From a virus (taxonomy: Duplodnaviria; Caudoviricetes), in IMG/VR virus record IMGVR_UViG_3300005512_000035, positions 1 to 58,948 of that record: DNA of 58,948 nucleotides; one strand, written 5' to 3'. The notes beneath the pieces were generated by a model that was given only the letters and a program-made list of their open reading frames with translations, made no database searches and had not been told where the DNA came from. A program made the translations under genes and the position numbers. Below are positions 1 to 10,397 of this stretch, piece after piece. Each line of letters starts with the position of its first letter. Position 1 is the stretch's first letter.

Positions 1-172
1 CATGATGGCCTTACGAGCCGAACGCAACCAACGTCTCGCTAACACAGACTGGTGGGCATCATCTGACCTGACGATGACAGCGGCACAGACAGCCTACCGC
101 CAAGCACTGCGGGATATTACAGAGACATACACGAGCCTAGACGATGTGGTCTGGCCGGAGGAGCCAGTATGA
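1..172 (+). CDS. Tail fibre assembly chaperone, 5'-partial
   Basis: Frame from nt 2 reads MMALRAERNQRLANTDWW...YRQALRDITETY...VVWPEEPV*. R-x2-RN-x2-L-x2-TDW / YRQALRD / WP is the tail-assembly chaperone signature. Nearly identical to the C-terminus of 57519..57902. Confidence 0.8.
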   Translation, partial: MMALRAERNQRLANTDWWASSDLTMTAAQTAYRQALRDITETYTSLDDVVWPEEPV

Positions 173-185
173 CGATTAGCAAAAT
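14..185 (+). repeat. 172-bp direct repeat, copy 1 (copy 2 at 57744..57915)
   Basis: Identical by direct comparison except nt 80 (G) vs 57810 (A); both flanks diverge. Confidence 0.95.
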
Positions 186-1065
186 CAATACAAACTCCAT
201 CACAGACGGTGCAGTCGGCCTAGATGCTCTATCGTCCAGCATCAGTGAAGGGCTTGTACTACCTGTCGAAATTCTTGTAGTCGCTGGCGGCGGTGCAGGT
301 GGACACGACCAAGGTGGTGGTGGCGGTGCAGGGGGCCTAGTTTATTACAGCACAGCAGTCATCTCTAGAGGAGCGGCTTATGAAGTTTCAATCGGCGCTG
401 GTGGCTCCGCTAGTACAAGTGGTTCCGACGTTAATTCAGGGTCAAATTCTGTTTTTGGTGCAATCGTAGCTGTTGGTGGTGGCGGCGGAGCGGTGCAAGC
501 CGCAAATCCTGCAAGCGGAGGTTCTGGTGGTGGCGCAAGAAGACCGACAAATACTACATCAACTGGGGCTTCCGGCACACAATCAAACTCTGGCGGTGGA
601 ACAGGGTTTGGAAATAACGGCGGTGACGCAATTACTGGGCAATCTGGCGGTGGCGGCGGGGCTGGTGAAGCTGGTAATACCGATGGTCAATCCTACGGCG
701 GTGACGGCAGAGATTATTCTTCAGTGGTCGGGACAGGCGTTGGTGATTCAGGATTTTTTGCGGGCGGAGGCTCTGGGGGTAACAACACTGTTGTATCCGG
801 AGGTACTGGTGGCGGCGGTGATAATGGCGGCGATAGCGGTGGGACAAATGGACAAGACGGTACTTCAAACACCGGTGGTGGTGGTGGCGGCGCAGGAGAC
901 GGTGCAAAAAATGGCGGAGCCGGTGGTTCTGGGGTTGTTATCGTTCGCTACGCAACAGACTACGAAATCACGGTTGGCTCTGGATTGACTGCCTCCACTT
1001 CAGTTGTAAACGGTAAAAACCAGACAGTCATTACTGCTGGCTCTGACACAGTTAGTATTGGGTAA
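169..1065 (+). CDS. Glycine-rich tail/virion protein
   Basis: LVVAGGGAGG...GGGGAGG...GGSGVVIVRY glycine-rich domain typical of phage tail fibres; ATGA overlap with the upstream chaperone. Confidence 0.75.
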   Translation: MTISKINTNSITDGAVGLDALSSSISEGLVLPVEILVVAGGGAGGHDQGGGGGAGGLVYYSTAVISRGAAYEVSIGAGGSASTSGSDVNSGSNSVFGAIVAVGGGGGAVQAANPASGGSGGGARRPTNTTSTGASGTQSNSGGGTGFGNNGGDAITGQSGGGGGAGEAGNTDGQSYGGDGRDYSSVVGTGVGDSGFFAGGGSGGNNTVVSGGTGGGGDNGGDSGGTNGQDGTSNTGGGGGGAGDGAKNGGAGGSGVVIVRYATDYEITVGSGLTASTSVVNGKNQTVITAGSDTVSIG

Positions 1066-1075
1066 GGTTGAGACG

Positions 1076-1435
1076 ATGGCACATTACGCATTTTTAGATG
1101 AAAACAACGTGGTCACTCAAGTCATTGTAGGTAAGGACGAGACAGGTTTTGACTGGGAACAATACTACGCAATGAAGCGTGGACAGGTTTGTAAGCGCAC
1201 AAGCTACAATACTGTTGGCGGAACACACTCTAATGGCGGCACTCCATTCCGCAAGAACTATGCTGGTGTCGGCTACACTTACGATGCTGACCGTGACGCA
1301 TTTATTTCTCCTCAGCCATTCGCATCGTGGATATTGAACGAAACATCCTGTTTGTGGGAAGCACCTGTTGCATACCCTGATGACGGGCAATCTTATTACT
1401 GGGATGAAGACACAACCAACTGGGTAGCTGAGTAA
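1076..1435 (+). CDS. Conserved tail-associated protein
   Basis: MAHYAFLDENNVV...TSYNT...FRKNYAGVGYTYD...DAFISPQPF.SW family, usually next to glycine-rich fibre genes; ATG at 1076 preferred. Confidence 0.7.
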   Translation: MAHYAFLDENNVVTQVIVGKDETGFDWEQYYAMKRGQVCKRTSYNTVGGTHSNGGTPFRKNYAGVGYTYDADRDAFISPQPFASWILNETSCLWEAPVAYPDDGQSYYWDEDTTNWVAE

Positions 1436-3303
1436 TGCCTTTTACCAAGCTCCAATTCAAACCAGGAATCAACCGCGAGGGTACAAGTTACTCTAACGAA
1501 GGTGGTTGGTACGACGGCAACTATATCCGTTTTAGATACGGGTATGCGGAGCGTATGGGTGGGTGGTCAAAAACTGGTTCTACGCAATTTATAGGCACAG
1601 TCCGTAAGTTACATGATTTCACTACATTGGACAGCCAGAATCTTTTGTTCATGGCTAGTCAGGCTAAAATATACTTAGAAGACTCAGGTGCATTGAGCGA
1701 TATCACTCCGATTCGTGCAACTGTCAGCTTAGGTACAGACCCTATTGAAACAACGGGTGGTGCAGGTAGCGGCACAGTCACTGTAACCACTTCCTCTGCA
1801 CACGGGGCTTCGGTAGGCGACTACATCATACTCAGTGGTCTAACAGATACAGACGGTATTACGGCGGTTCAATTGAATGATGAGTTTGAAATACAGTCTG
1901 TACCAACCACAACAACCTTCACAATCACTACCACAGGCTCAGCTATCACAGGCAGTGTTTCTGGTGGTGGAGCCTCTGGGCAGTGTATATTCTTAATTTC
2001 TACAGGGCTGAACACTTCCATCCTTGGTCCCGGATGGGGCGCAGGCACTTGGGGTCGTTTTACTTGGGGTAGCGGCGCAGGTTCACTTTCTGGGCAAACA
2101 TTACGCCTATGGTTTGCGGATAATTTTGGTGAAGACCTTATATGTAACATTGCTGATGGCACTATTTATTACTGGGATGCAACAGGTGGTACTAGCACTC
2201 GTGCAGTAGCTCTTAGCTCCTTGTCTGGCGCGAGCGATGTTCCTACAGTAGCTCGTAAAGTGTTGGTGTCTGAAATTGATCGTCACGTTTTGTGTTTCGG
2301 CGCGAACGCAATAGACAGTGCAGACCAAGACCCACTGTTGATCCGTTGGTCAAGCCAAGAAAGCCTGACTGATTGGACACCTACCGCAGAAAACACAGCA
2401 GGTGATTTGCGGTTATCACAAGGCAGTGAGATTGTTACCGCAATCCGTACTACTCGGCAGATCCTTGTTTGGACAGACCACTCTTTGCACTCTGTTCAAT
2501 TTGTCGGCGCACCGTATACTTTCGGCACAGCACTACTTGCTGACAACGTCCGTATCGCAGGTCCGAATACCGCAATCGGTGTGAACGATCTTGTGTTTTG
2601 GATGGGGCAAGAAAACTTCTATCTGTACGACGGTCGTGTAACCCCTATCCCTTGTTCTGTACGGGATTATGTATTTAGCGACATGAACCGTAACCAGTCG
2701 TTCAAGTTTCATGCAGGTAGCCTAGCAAGCCAGAATGAGATCTGGTGGTATTACTGTAGTTCTGGTTCAGATGAGATTGATCGTTATGTTGTGTATAACT
2801 ATGCTGAACAAGTTTGGTATTACGGTACTCTACAACGCACCGCTTGGAATGATAGAGCAAGTGGTCAGCGCAGTTACCCACAAGCAACCAGTACAGACAA
2901 CTTTTTATATAACCACGAGTTTGGTTTAGATGACGGCAGTACAGATCCCCCCAGTGCGATTGATGCGTATATAGAATCTAGCGATTTTGACATAGGCGAA
3001 GGTTATCAGTTTATGTTGATCAGGCGCATATTGCCTGACCTTACCTTTAGTGGGTCTACTGCAAGTAGTCCTGTTGTGACGCTAACTATGAAAAGCCGCG
3101 ATTTTAGCGGGGGCTCATACAGTACCTCTGCTAGTGGCACAGTTACTCGGTCTGTTGCTACGCCTGTAGAGGAATATACAGAAGAAGTGTATGTTCGCGC
3201 TCGCGGCAGGCAAATGTCTTTCCGTGTTGAAAACGACACGACAGGTGTTAAATGGCGTGTTGGTGCGCCTCGTTTAGAAGTTCAGCAAGATGGTAGAAGA
3301 TGA
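1435..3303 (+). CDS. Tail tubular/DNA-stabilisation (nozzle) protein
   Basis: 622 aa, beta-propeller-like (IRWSSQE...W.P...NTAGDLRL); lies just before the ejection proteins, as P22 gp10-like genes do. Confidence 0.7.
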   Translation: MPFTKLQFKPGINREGTSYSNEGGWYDGNYIRFRYGYAERMGGWSKTGSTQFIGTVRKLHDFTTLDSQNLLFMASQAKIYLEDSGALSDITPIRATVSLGTDPIETTGGAGSGTVTVTTSSAHGASVGDYIILSGLTDTDGITAVQLNDEFEIQSVPTTTTFTITTTGSAITGSVSGGGASGQCIFLISTGLNTSILGPGWGAGTWGRFTWGSGAGSLSGQTLRLWFADNFGEDLICNIADGTIYYWDATGGTSTRAVALSSLSGASDVPTVARKVLVSEIDRHVLCFGANAIDSADQDPLLIRWSSQESLTDWTPTAENTAGDLRLSQGSEIVTAIRTTRQILVWTDHSLHSVQFVGAPYTFGTALLADNVRIAGPNTAIGVNDLVFWMGQENFYLYDGRVTPIPCSVRDYVFSDMNRNQSFKFHAGSLASQNEIWWYYCSSGSDEIDRYVVYNYAEQVWYYGTLQRTAWNDRASGQRSYPQATSTDNFLYNHEFGLDDGSTDPPSAIDAYIESSDFDIGEGYQFMLIRRILPDLTFSGSTASSPVVTLTMKSRDFSGGSYSTSASGTVTRSVATPVEEYTEEVYVRARGRQMSFRVENDTTGVKWRVGAPRLEVQQDGRR

Positions 3304-3584
3304 CAACCAAAGTTATTCGTACCATATTGCCCGTTGCTCCAAGGGCTTATGACTCTAACTACGTCAACCAATTAGCGCGTAACTTAGACCGTGTTATTGA
3401 TGAGCAACGCAACCCTGTACTGAATATTCAAGACATGCCGAGTGACGGGGTGGCAAACATACTAGAGCAAGGCGACCTGTTTGAAGCAAACGGGTTTGTC
3501 AAAATCAAACGCTTAGGAGATGTCCATTCGGGTAGCTTCTCCGCAACAACAGCCGTAGGAACGGTGACGGTGGAAATATCATGA
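3300..3584 (+). CDS. Hypothetical virion protein
   Basis: 94-aa ORF with ATGA overlaps on both sides. Confidence 0.6.
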   Translation: MTTKVIRTILPVAPRAYDSNYVNQLARNLDRVIDEQRNPVLNIQDMPSDGVANILEQGDLFEANGFVKIKRLGDVHSGSFSATTAVGTVTVEIS

Positions 3585-3820
3585 CAGACAGCACAGTATT
3601 GGTAATGAACGATGGTTCTCGGTGGTCGCCTAGTACAAGCCGAGACATTATTGCATGTGCCACAGAAGGTTGCGGCAACTTGGTAGATACGCCCGCAGAG
3701 GTACAGAGTTACCCGAATGGTAATTGCCCTGATTGTGGTAACCCATGGACAGGCAGTGAGTCTAAACATGTGGAAATAAAAGTAACCGTGCCTCATGCGC
3801 TCGGTGGTGGTGTAGGTTAA
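3581..3820 (+). CDS. Small Zn-ribbon protein
   Basis: C-x4-C...CPDCGNPW motifs. Confidence 0.6.
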   Translation: MTDSTVLVMNDGSRWSPSTSRDIIACATEGCGNLVDTPAEVQSYPNGNCPDCGNPWTGSESKHVEIKVTVPHALGGGVG

Positions 3821-3916
3821 GGTTGCGAGTTTTGACTGTTATGAGTACTATGAATACAGCGCAGATCAGGCTTCGCGACCCTGCATATCGCCCGATACAA
3901 CATTAAGGTGGATAGA

Positions 3917-5605
3917 ATGCAAGGTGTTGCCTCTTTAGGATATGAAGTTCAAGAACTCCCGATGGTTCCGGAAGGGGGTATTCAGCAGTACAGTGACGCC
4001 GCCGATATTCTGGCAGAGTTCGGGCGTAATGGCGACACTTACATTGTTCACGCCGCTGAAGGCGAAACAATGGTTCCCATGGAAGTTTTGGAAAACAATC
4101 CCCGCCTCAAAAGCATGTTGTGGGAACAGTTTGAAGAAATGGGTATTGAGCCAGAGCGTTACATTGTAGGTAACGAGCTCAACAGTCTTAACCCCGTTAC
4201 AGGTAAACCAGAGTTTTTCCTTAAAAAGATTTTCAAAGGCGTTAAGAAGGCTGTTAAAAAGGTCGCTAACGTCGTCAAGAAAGTTGCGCCAATTATCCTC
4301 CCGATTGCCGCTCCTTTCTTACTGCCTGCCATGCCTATCGCTTTTGCTACAGGAATCGGTAGTCTGGCAGGCAACCTCATTGCAGGAAACAGTTTTAAGG
4401 ACTCATTGAAGTCTGCTGTTATTTCTGGTGGTCTGGCAGGGCTTGGTAATGTCGCCTTTGGTGGTAGCGAAGGCTTTGGTTCAGGCAAGTTCTTTGGCTC
4501 TATGGCTAACCCAACCGCAGGGCTTGGTGAGTTCAGCTTGAAACAAGCATTCACACCTGTTAATCCATTTAGCGGGCAGTACAGTCAAACACTTGGAAAC
4601 ATCAAAGCCCAAGGCACAACAGCACAGAGCCAACTTGCTCCTGTGCAGACTGCTCCTGTGCCACCAACAGGGGCAGAACAATATCCCATTAGCCCAGATA
4701 CAGGTGGTGCAGGCATAGACCTCACACAAACACCCCCTACAGAACCGAAAACATTCTTTGGTGATGTTAAGAAAGCCGCGATACCTGGAGATAATTATGG
4801 TCCAGTAGAGTTTTACGGTGACTACATCAGTCCAAGTCGTCCAAGTATCCAACCAACACCTGATGCGATTGCAAACAAGGCCGTTGAAATTGCCAACGCA
4901 GATATCGTGGCGGCGACTAAAGTAAACGAGTCTCTTGTAAATGCAGGGTTGCAGGCCGCACCGATTGATACGGCGGCAATACAAACAGCCGCTATTGAAA
5001 AAGCCAAGGTTGCCTTAGCTCCTAGCATGACACAACAGTACCTCCCACTAGCGGCGGCGGGAACTGCGGCGGCAGTTGGTGCAGATTATGCGACTGATGG
5101 CGCAGTTTTAGGTGTGTTTGGCGAACAACCAGAAGATGGTTCTATTGCAGATATGCCTACAGGTGAAGATTACTACGCACAAGATCCTGGGAAATATGGT
5201 TTCGGATCCGACTTCTATGGTCGTAACCCATATTATCAAGATCCAACCTTTACGCCTCCTGCAGTAAGAACATCGGGAGGTAGTTCTGGGCAAACTATTG
5301 CACAAATGGTAGCTCAAAATACTGCTCCTGTAGCGGCTAACACACCCACTCCGGCAAACACTAGTCCATTTGATCTTGCTCTTGGTGGGTACAACAGAGC
5401 GATGTATCCGTATATCAGAGCGGCAAGTGGTGGTGAAATCGTTGGTCCTGGAACACCAACCAGTGATTCAATACCTGCACTGTTAAGTGACGGTGAGTTT
5501 GTGATGAACGCTCGGGCTGTACGCGGCGCGGGTGGCGGTGACAGAAGAAAAGGCGCACAGCGGATGTATTCAATGATGCGTGACTTTGAGCAGAGGGCTG
5601 TGTAA
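3917..5605 (+). CDS. Internal virion/DNA-ejection protein
   Basis: N-terminal DTYIVHAAEGE...NPVTGKPEF domain, hydrophobic Gly/Ala helices, C-terminal GPGTPTSDSIPALLSDGEFV motif. Confidence 0.65.
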   Translation: MQGVASLGYEVQELPMVPEGGIQQYSDAADILAEFGRNGDTYIVHAAEGETMVPMEVLENNPRLKSMLWEQFEEMGIEPERYIVGNELNSLNPVTGKPEFFLKKIFKGVKKAVKKVANVVKKVAPIILPIAAPFLLPAMPIAFATGIGSLAGNLIAGNSFKDSLKSAVISGGLAGLGNVAFGGSEGFGSGKFFGSMANPTAGLGEFSLKQAFTPVNPFSGQYSQTLGNIKAQGTTAQSQLAPVQTAPVPPTGAEQYPISPDTGGAGIDLTQTPPTEPKTFFGDVKKAAIPGDNYGPVEFYGDYISPSRPSIQPTPDAIANKAVEIANADIVAATKVNESLVNAGLQAAPIDTAAIQTAAIEKAKVALAPSMTQQYLPLAAAGTAAAVGADYATDGAVLGVFGEQPEDGSIADMPTGEDYYAQDPGKYGFGSDFYGRNPYYQDPTFTPPAVRTSGGSSGQTIAQMVAQNTAPVAANTPTPANTSPFDLALGGYNRAMYPYIRAASGGEIVGPGTPTSDSIPALLSDGEFVMNARAVRGAGGGDRRKGAQRMYSMMRDFEQRAV

Positions 5606-6549
5606 TGGCTGAAAAACAAGAGATAATCCAACGCGAAGCCCCCGGAATTGAGGCCTATAAAATTGGCCTCATGGAACAAGCCAAGGCTCTAACAGCAAGC
5701 GAGCCTACAGGTGGTCTACCTGCTATCCAAGCGGCAGGGCTCGACCCCATGCAAACGCGAGCGGCGAGTCTAGCAACGCAAGGGGTAGGTACTTACCAAC
5801 CGTACCTTCAAAGCGCACAGAGCGCGTTTACAAGCGGTATTGGTAGCCTCACCGCTACACAGCCACAGGCTATTGCTAATCTGCAAGGTTCTATGGGTCA
5901 ATACGATCCAAGCCAAGCGGCGGCGTTCATGAATCCGTATCAACAAGCGGTTGCAAACGAAATCAACCGTGCGTACAACATACAGCAGTCACAGTTGGGA
6001 CAAAGACAAGCCCAAGCGGGTGCGTTCGGTGGTAGTCGTGCGGCGATTGAACAATCTGAACTCAACCGCAACCGTGCCGATGCTTTGGCAAGAGCGCAAG
6101 CAGAAAACTTTATGCAAGCGCAACAAGCGGCGATGAGTGCTTACGAGCAAGGTCAGCAACGCGCTCAGCAAGCAGGTTTGGGTATCGGTCAGCTTGGTGT
6201 ACAGGCGGCAGGTCAGCTTGGTCAGCTCGGCGTACAGCAAGCGGCACTCGGTGAACTTGGTTCTAACCTCGGCCGTCAAGACATACAAACTCTTTCAACG
6301 CTTGGCGAACAACAACGTCAAGTTGCTCAACAAGGTCTGGAAGCGCAACGTCAAACCCAGATGCAAGATATTTACGAGCCATACCAACGTCTCGGCTTCT
6401 ACAGTGATATCTTGCGTGGTGCGCCTACGACGCAACAAACGCTCAGCGTTTCTACAGCACCTCAGCCTAGCCTGTTGAATCAGGTTGTTGGTGGTGCGGC
6501 AACAGGTCTTGGTCTTTACGGTGCGGCAAATAAAGCGGGGATTGTTTAA
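5605..6549 (+). CDS. Gln/Ala-rich DNA-transfer/ejection protein
   Basis: FMNPYQQAV and AGAFGGSR motifs; C-terminal hydrophobic Gly-rich helix. Confidence 0.7.
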   Translation: MAEKQEIIQREAPGIEAYKIGLMEQAKALTASEPTGGLPAIQAAGLDPMQTRAASLATQGVGTYQPYLQSAQSAFTSGIGSLTATQPQAIANLQGSMGQYDPSQAAAFMNPYQQAVANEINRAYNIQQSQLGQRQAQAGAFGGSRAAIEQSELNRNRADALARAQAENFMQAQQAAMSAYEQGQQRAQQAGLGIGQLGVQAAGQLGQLGVQQAALGELGSNLGRQDIQTLSTLGEQQRQVAQQGLEAQRQTQMQDIYEPYQRLGFYSDILRGAPTTQQTLSVSTAPQPSLLNQVVGGAATGLGLYGAANKAGIV

Positions 6550-9140
6550 TGGCTAATGGTGTAATGAACCGCCCAATGTTCGCAGGGGCTATGCCTGCTC
6601 CTAGTTCTGTAGGAACAGGTATTACTTCTGGTTTGGTTGATCCTGCTGTTGAGCAGGCAACAGCAGAACAAGGGTTCGCGCAACTTGCAGGTATGACCCA
6701 AAATACCATCGAAAAGTTGGACACAGCAGAAACGGTAGACGAAGCAATGAATGCTATTCGTGGTGACCAAGCTACTGAAAAAGAGCGTCGCCAAGAACTC
6801 GCGAGTTATGTTGGTAAAACAGATGCCAATAAAACACCGACCAGTGTTCTAGCTATGCTTCAGCCTACCTTTACTATTATGGACATGATCCAGAATAATG
6901 CCCCCGAAGGTGGAATCGCTAATGCTATGCCACAGGCGGGAGGTGGACAGCCCGCCGGAAATTTTAGCCAAGCCTCCGCTGTTCAAGCTCCAGGAATGGA
7001 GGAGGCAATGATGCGTATGATGGCAGGTGAACAGCCTGTTCGTCGTCAGGTAGGTAGTAGTCCTTATGGGGAAGTCATACCTAAAATACCGCAAATCAAT
7101 GTTGGTCCCCGACCTGCCGTACCCACCTTGAATCTACCGTATGTAGAAACAAACACTCGCCCTAGTCTGCAAAGCATTGACATGGGGAATGTTAGTGGCT
7201 ACGCGAACGAATACATGCAGTTGATGAAACCTTATTTAGAATCAGCTCAGTTTGGTGCAGGACCAAGTACAACGGAAGCACTTGATCAGCTTTCTCCGTA
7301 TATGCCTAAAACGCAAACACCTGAAGATTTGATTGCTCGTAACCGTGGGTTGCTAGAGCAATACCTACCTCAAAAACGAACTTCGGCTGAACTGCTTAAA
7401 GAGTATCAAGATATGCTCGGCGCAGGCGATGATGACCAAGCTCAACTGCAAGCGTACCTTGCACTTGCTCAAGCGGGTCAAGCTGTTGCACAGTCTGATA
7501 AGAACTTACTCGGCGCGGCAATCGAAGGCGGCGGTGTTCTTTCTGAAAAGTTAGCACCTATCGCGGCGGCTAAAGCACAGCAAGACCGTCAACTTAAATT
7601 AGCGGCACTTGCTGAGTCTAAAGAACAAGCAAGGGCGCGTGATGCGGCAGAAGCTAACATCGTTACAGGTGCGATTAGCCAGTCTGACCAGATGGCACAA
7701 GCCTTCCAAGGCGCACAGTTGAACGTCGCTCTGGATGCTATCAACCGTTCAGTCAATGCTAACTCTAAAGCAACCGATGCAGTATTGGGCGCGGCAAGTG
7801 ATGCAATTAAGAATGGTATTACATTAGATGCTAACCGTGCTGATGTACTCAACAAAGAGGTGTTAGCTCAATGGAACGCTAATAACCAGTATGGCACGAC
7901 AGCTACTGAATCATGGGGTAAATACAACCCAGAAACTAAATCATGGGATATTATCGGGGTACGTCGTACCGCCGATGGTCTCAAGATGGTCGATCCGGAC
8001 GGTGGTAGCTTCAAGCCTATACCCGAGGGGTACTCACTATGGACAAAAGATATTGCTGAAGCCAAGGGTGGCACATCAGCTGTTGACCTCAGCAAAGCCA
8101 AGCGGGAAGATATTTTGATTCCTGATCCTGCTTCACCAAGTGGTTATAGCCAAGTTCCTGGATTCTTTACGGGTGGTATCTACTTCGTCAGCCCAGATGG
8201 TAACCCTGCTAATGCTCAAGTGGCTCCGGCAGGATTCATTCGTGGTAACGAAAAAGATGTACTTACAGTGGCACAGCCTGATGGCGTGGGTCGTGTGTTC
8301 GTTACTGTTAAAACAGGACCAAAAGCAGGACAGACGTTCTTGTCTTCAGTGGCAGGTAAGCCTGTTGTGGGTGCGGCGTATGCTCTGGAAGCACCTGTGC
8401 GTGATGATGCAGGAGCATTGGTCAGTGGTAACCCGATGGTTTACACAGTACCGAATCCTGGGGTCGGTTTTGCTAATATGACAAGCCAACAAGTAGAGCA
8501 AGCTCAACGTAAGGTAATGGATATGACGCAGGCGATTACTGCGGCAAACGAAATCCTACCTAACATTGGCGATGCCATTGGTCCGCTGAACACTGTTAAA
8601 GCGTGGACTTCTAACGTGGTTGGCGCAGTTGCTCCTGATTCATGGGCAGGCTTGACAGAATACGCGGCAACCGAGCGTGGCAGACAACAAATGAACTTGT
8701 TTGCACGAAACTTGTCCCGAGCTCTTGCGCTTTCTGACCGTTACGCGGTTGCGGAACAGCAGTTGATTCGTGAGATGGCGGAAAACCCAGAAGGTTTCTG
8801 GAAGAACCCGAACATGTCAGAGGTCAAGTTCCAAGAAATGATGCGCGTGTTGCAGAACGAACTATCCTTTAACCGTGGTCTGCTTTCAGACAGCGATGAG
8901 ATCCCACAGTTGAACGCTATTCCTACGGGTAGCGTGAATGATCCATTCATGTACGGAGCTCCTGGACAGTTTGAATACTTGACCATCACTATGGCGAACG
9001 CAGGTAATCGTGACGCATTGAATGGTAGGGTTATCCGCATGACCGCAAGTGAAGCACAACGTAATGGCATTCCACAGAACTTGTGGAAGGGTAAAGACTT
9101 TGTTGATCTAGAAATCGGCAAAGACATCAATATTCGGTAA
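6549..9140 (+). CDS. Large internal virion protein
   Basis: 863 aa, N-terminal NRPMF...GITSGL motif, helical; lies in the ejection cluster. Confidence 0.6.
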   Translation: MANGVMNRPMFAGAMPAPSSVGTGITSGLVDPAVEQATAEQGFAQLAGMTQNTIEKLDTAETVDEAMNAIRGDQATEKERRQELASYVGKTDANKTPTSVLAMLQPTFTIMDMIQNNAPEGGIANAMPQAGGGQPAGNFSQASAVQAPGMEEAMMRMMAGEQPVRRQVGSSPYGEVIPKIPQINVGPRPAVPTLNLPYVETNTRPSLQSIDMGNVSGYANEYMQLMKPYLESAQFGAGPSTTEALDQLSPYMPKTQTPEDLIARNRGLLEQYLPQKRTSAELLKEYQDMLGAGDDDQAQLQAYLALAQAGQAVAQSDKNLLGAAIEGGGVLSEKLAPIAAAKAQQDRQLKLAALAESKEQARARDAAEANIVTGAISQSDQMAQAFQGAQLNVALDAINRSVNANSKATDAVLGAASDAIKNGITLDANRADVLNKEVLAQWNANNQYGTTATESWGKYNPETKSWDIIGVRRTADGLKMVDPDGGSFKPIPEGYSLWTKDIAEAKGGTSAVDLSKAKREDILIPDPASPSGYSQVPGFFTGGIYFVSPDGNPANAQVAPAGFIRGNEKDVLTVAQPDGVGRVFVTVKTGPKAGQTFLSSVAGKPVVGAAYALEAPVRDDAGALVSGNPMVYTVPNPGVGFANMTSQQVEQAQRKVMDMTQAITAANEILPNIGDAIGPLNTVKAWTSNVVGAVAPDSWAGLTEYAATERGRQQMNLFARNLSRALALSDRYAVAEQQLIREMAENPEGFWKNPNMSEVKFQEMMRVLQNELSFNRGLLSDSDEIPQLNAIPTGSVNDPFMYGAPGQFEYLTITMANAGNRDALNGRVIRMTASEAQRNGIPQNLWKGKDFVDLEIGKDINIR

Positions 9141-9151
9141 GAGGTGTAGTA

Positions 9152-10375
9152 ATGGCAGGACCAGTCACAATCGGACCTCCAACGGAAGAGGATGTACAGG
9201 CTTACCAAAACAGCCAGACATTCGTTAATCCAACGGATCCTCGTTTACCTAGTCAGCAGGGAGCAGTTACGCCTACCCAAGCTGAGATAGAAACAACTAC
9301 ACGGGTTTTGCCTAGCCGTATGACTGGTCAGGGTGAACTATCAGCGACCGCTCAAGCCTTGGGTATGGAAGAAGGCGATACCAGTGGTTTTGATATGGGC
9401 TTGCTTGGTGACTTCAGCCGTGGCTTTAACGACCTGATCCTATATTTACCAGATGCCGCTATCAACGCCGTTGCAGGTAGTCTTGAGTATGCGGGTGTTG
9501 TTGAGCCAGGAACCGTTGATCGTAACTTTCTCAGCCGTGTGTTTAACAGTAGTGATTACGAGTCACAAAAGGTTATTATCCCGCACCTTTTACACTACGG
9601 TACAGGTAGATATGCAGGTCTACAGCCAGAAGAAGGTAAAGCCGCAGAGTACACTCGTGCGGCAGGTCAAGGTACGGCAATGGCCGTGCCGTTTATCGGT
9701 ATGCAAAGTAGGGCGGCTCAAGCTACGGCGGCGGCTCCTAGCGCACTGAGAGCAACTACAGCACCGAGCCAACTAACTACTCGGGAACTGGTTGCTGAGT
9801 CAATGCTCAATCCATACCGTGTTGCTCCAGGATCTACTGCCGCTTTGGAAGCAGGATTCGGTGCGGCGTCTGCTACAGGCGGTGAAGTTGGTGAAGATAT
9901 CGGCGGGGAAACTGGTCGTGCGATTGGTAGCCTCATCCCACTTGCTCCTGCCGCGATTTACTACGGAGGTAAAAACCTTCCCGGAGCCAGACTTATTACA
10001 TGGACTAAAGATAAAATAGGTGGTGGGATAGACGAAGCTCAAGTTCGTGCAGGCAAAAAAGCTCCCGGAGAAGGAGAGCGTGGTCAAAAAGCACAGGGCG
10101 AACTGAACGCAGAAGTCCAAGCGGCGGCGGCAACACCAGAAGGTCAAGCAAACGTTCAACGCGCTATTGATATTGAAAACCGCTTGAACCCATACGCAGA
10201 TGAGCCGATTACGTTAAGTCCTGCAGAAACCACGATGGACGCACCTTTGTTGGCTACCCAAACCCGCCTAGAAACAACAGGTAGTCCTGAGTTTACCCGC
10301 GCCAACAGTCAGCGCAAGTTGAATGCAATTACGGCGGCTATTCGTTTCCGTGATGGAGAACTGACAGTTCATTGA
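9152..10375 (+). CDS. Large internal virion protein, N-terminal part (possibly split)
   Basis: RBS GAGGTG upstream; ends abruptly, with a second frame opening at 10365. Confidence 0.55.
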   Translation: MAGPVTIGPPTEEDVQAYQNSQTFVNPTDPRLPSQQGAVTPTQAEIETTTRVLPSRMTGQGELSATAQALGMEEGDTSGFDMGLLGDFSRGFNDLILYLPDAAINAVAGSLEYAGVVEPGTVDRNFLSRVFNSSDYESQKVIIPHLLHYGTGRYAGLQPEEGKAAEYTRAAGQGTAMAVPFIGMQSRAAQATAAAPSALRATTAPSQLTTRELVAESMLNPYRVAPGSTAALEAGFGAASATGGEVGEDIGGETGRAIGSLIPLAPAAIYYGGKNLPGARLITWTKDKIGGGIDEAQVRAGKKAPGEGERGQKAQGELNAEVQAAAATPEGQANVQRAIDIENRLNPYADEPITLSPAETTMDAPLLATQTRLETTGSPEFTRANSQRKLNAITAAIRFRDGELTVH

Positions 10376-10397
10376 GTTCGAGTTCAAAGATGGCAGG

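Noticed and set aside
14-185. 172-bp repeat as a terminal repeat or a DGR template/variable pair
   Set aside because: Copy 2 lies 1 kb inside the window and the flanks differ. There is only one mismatch and no reverse transcriptase.
397-404. E. coli Chi site GCTGGTGG
   Set aside because: A single copy in a Gly-rich gene, explained by Ala-Gly-Gly codons.
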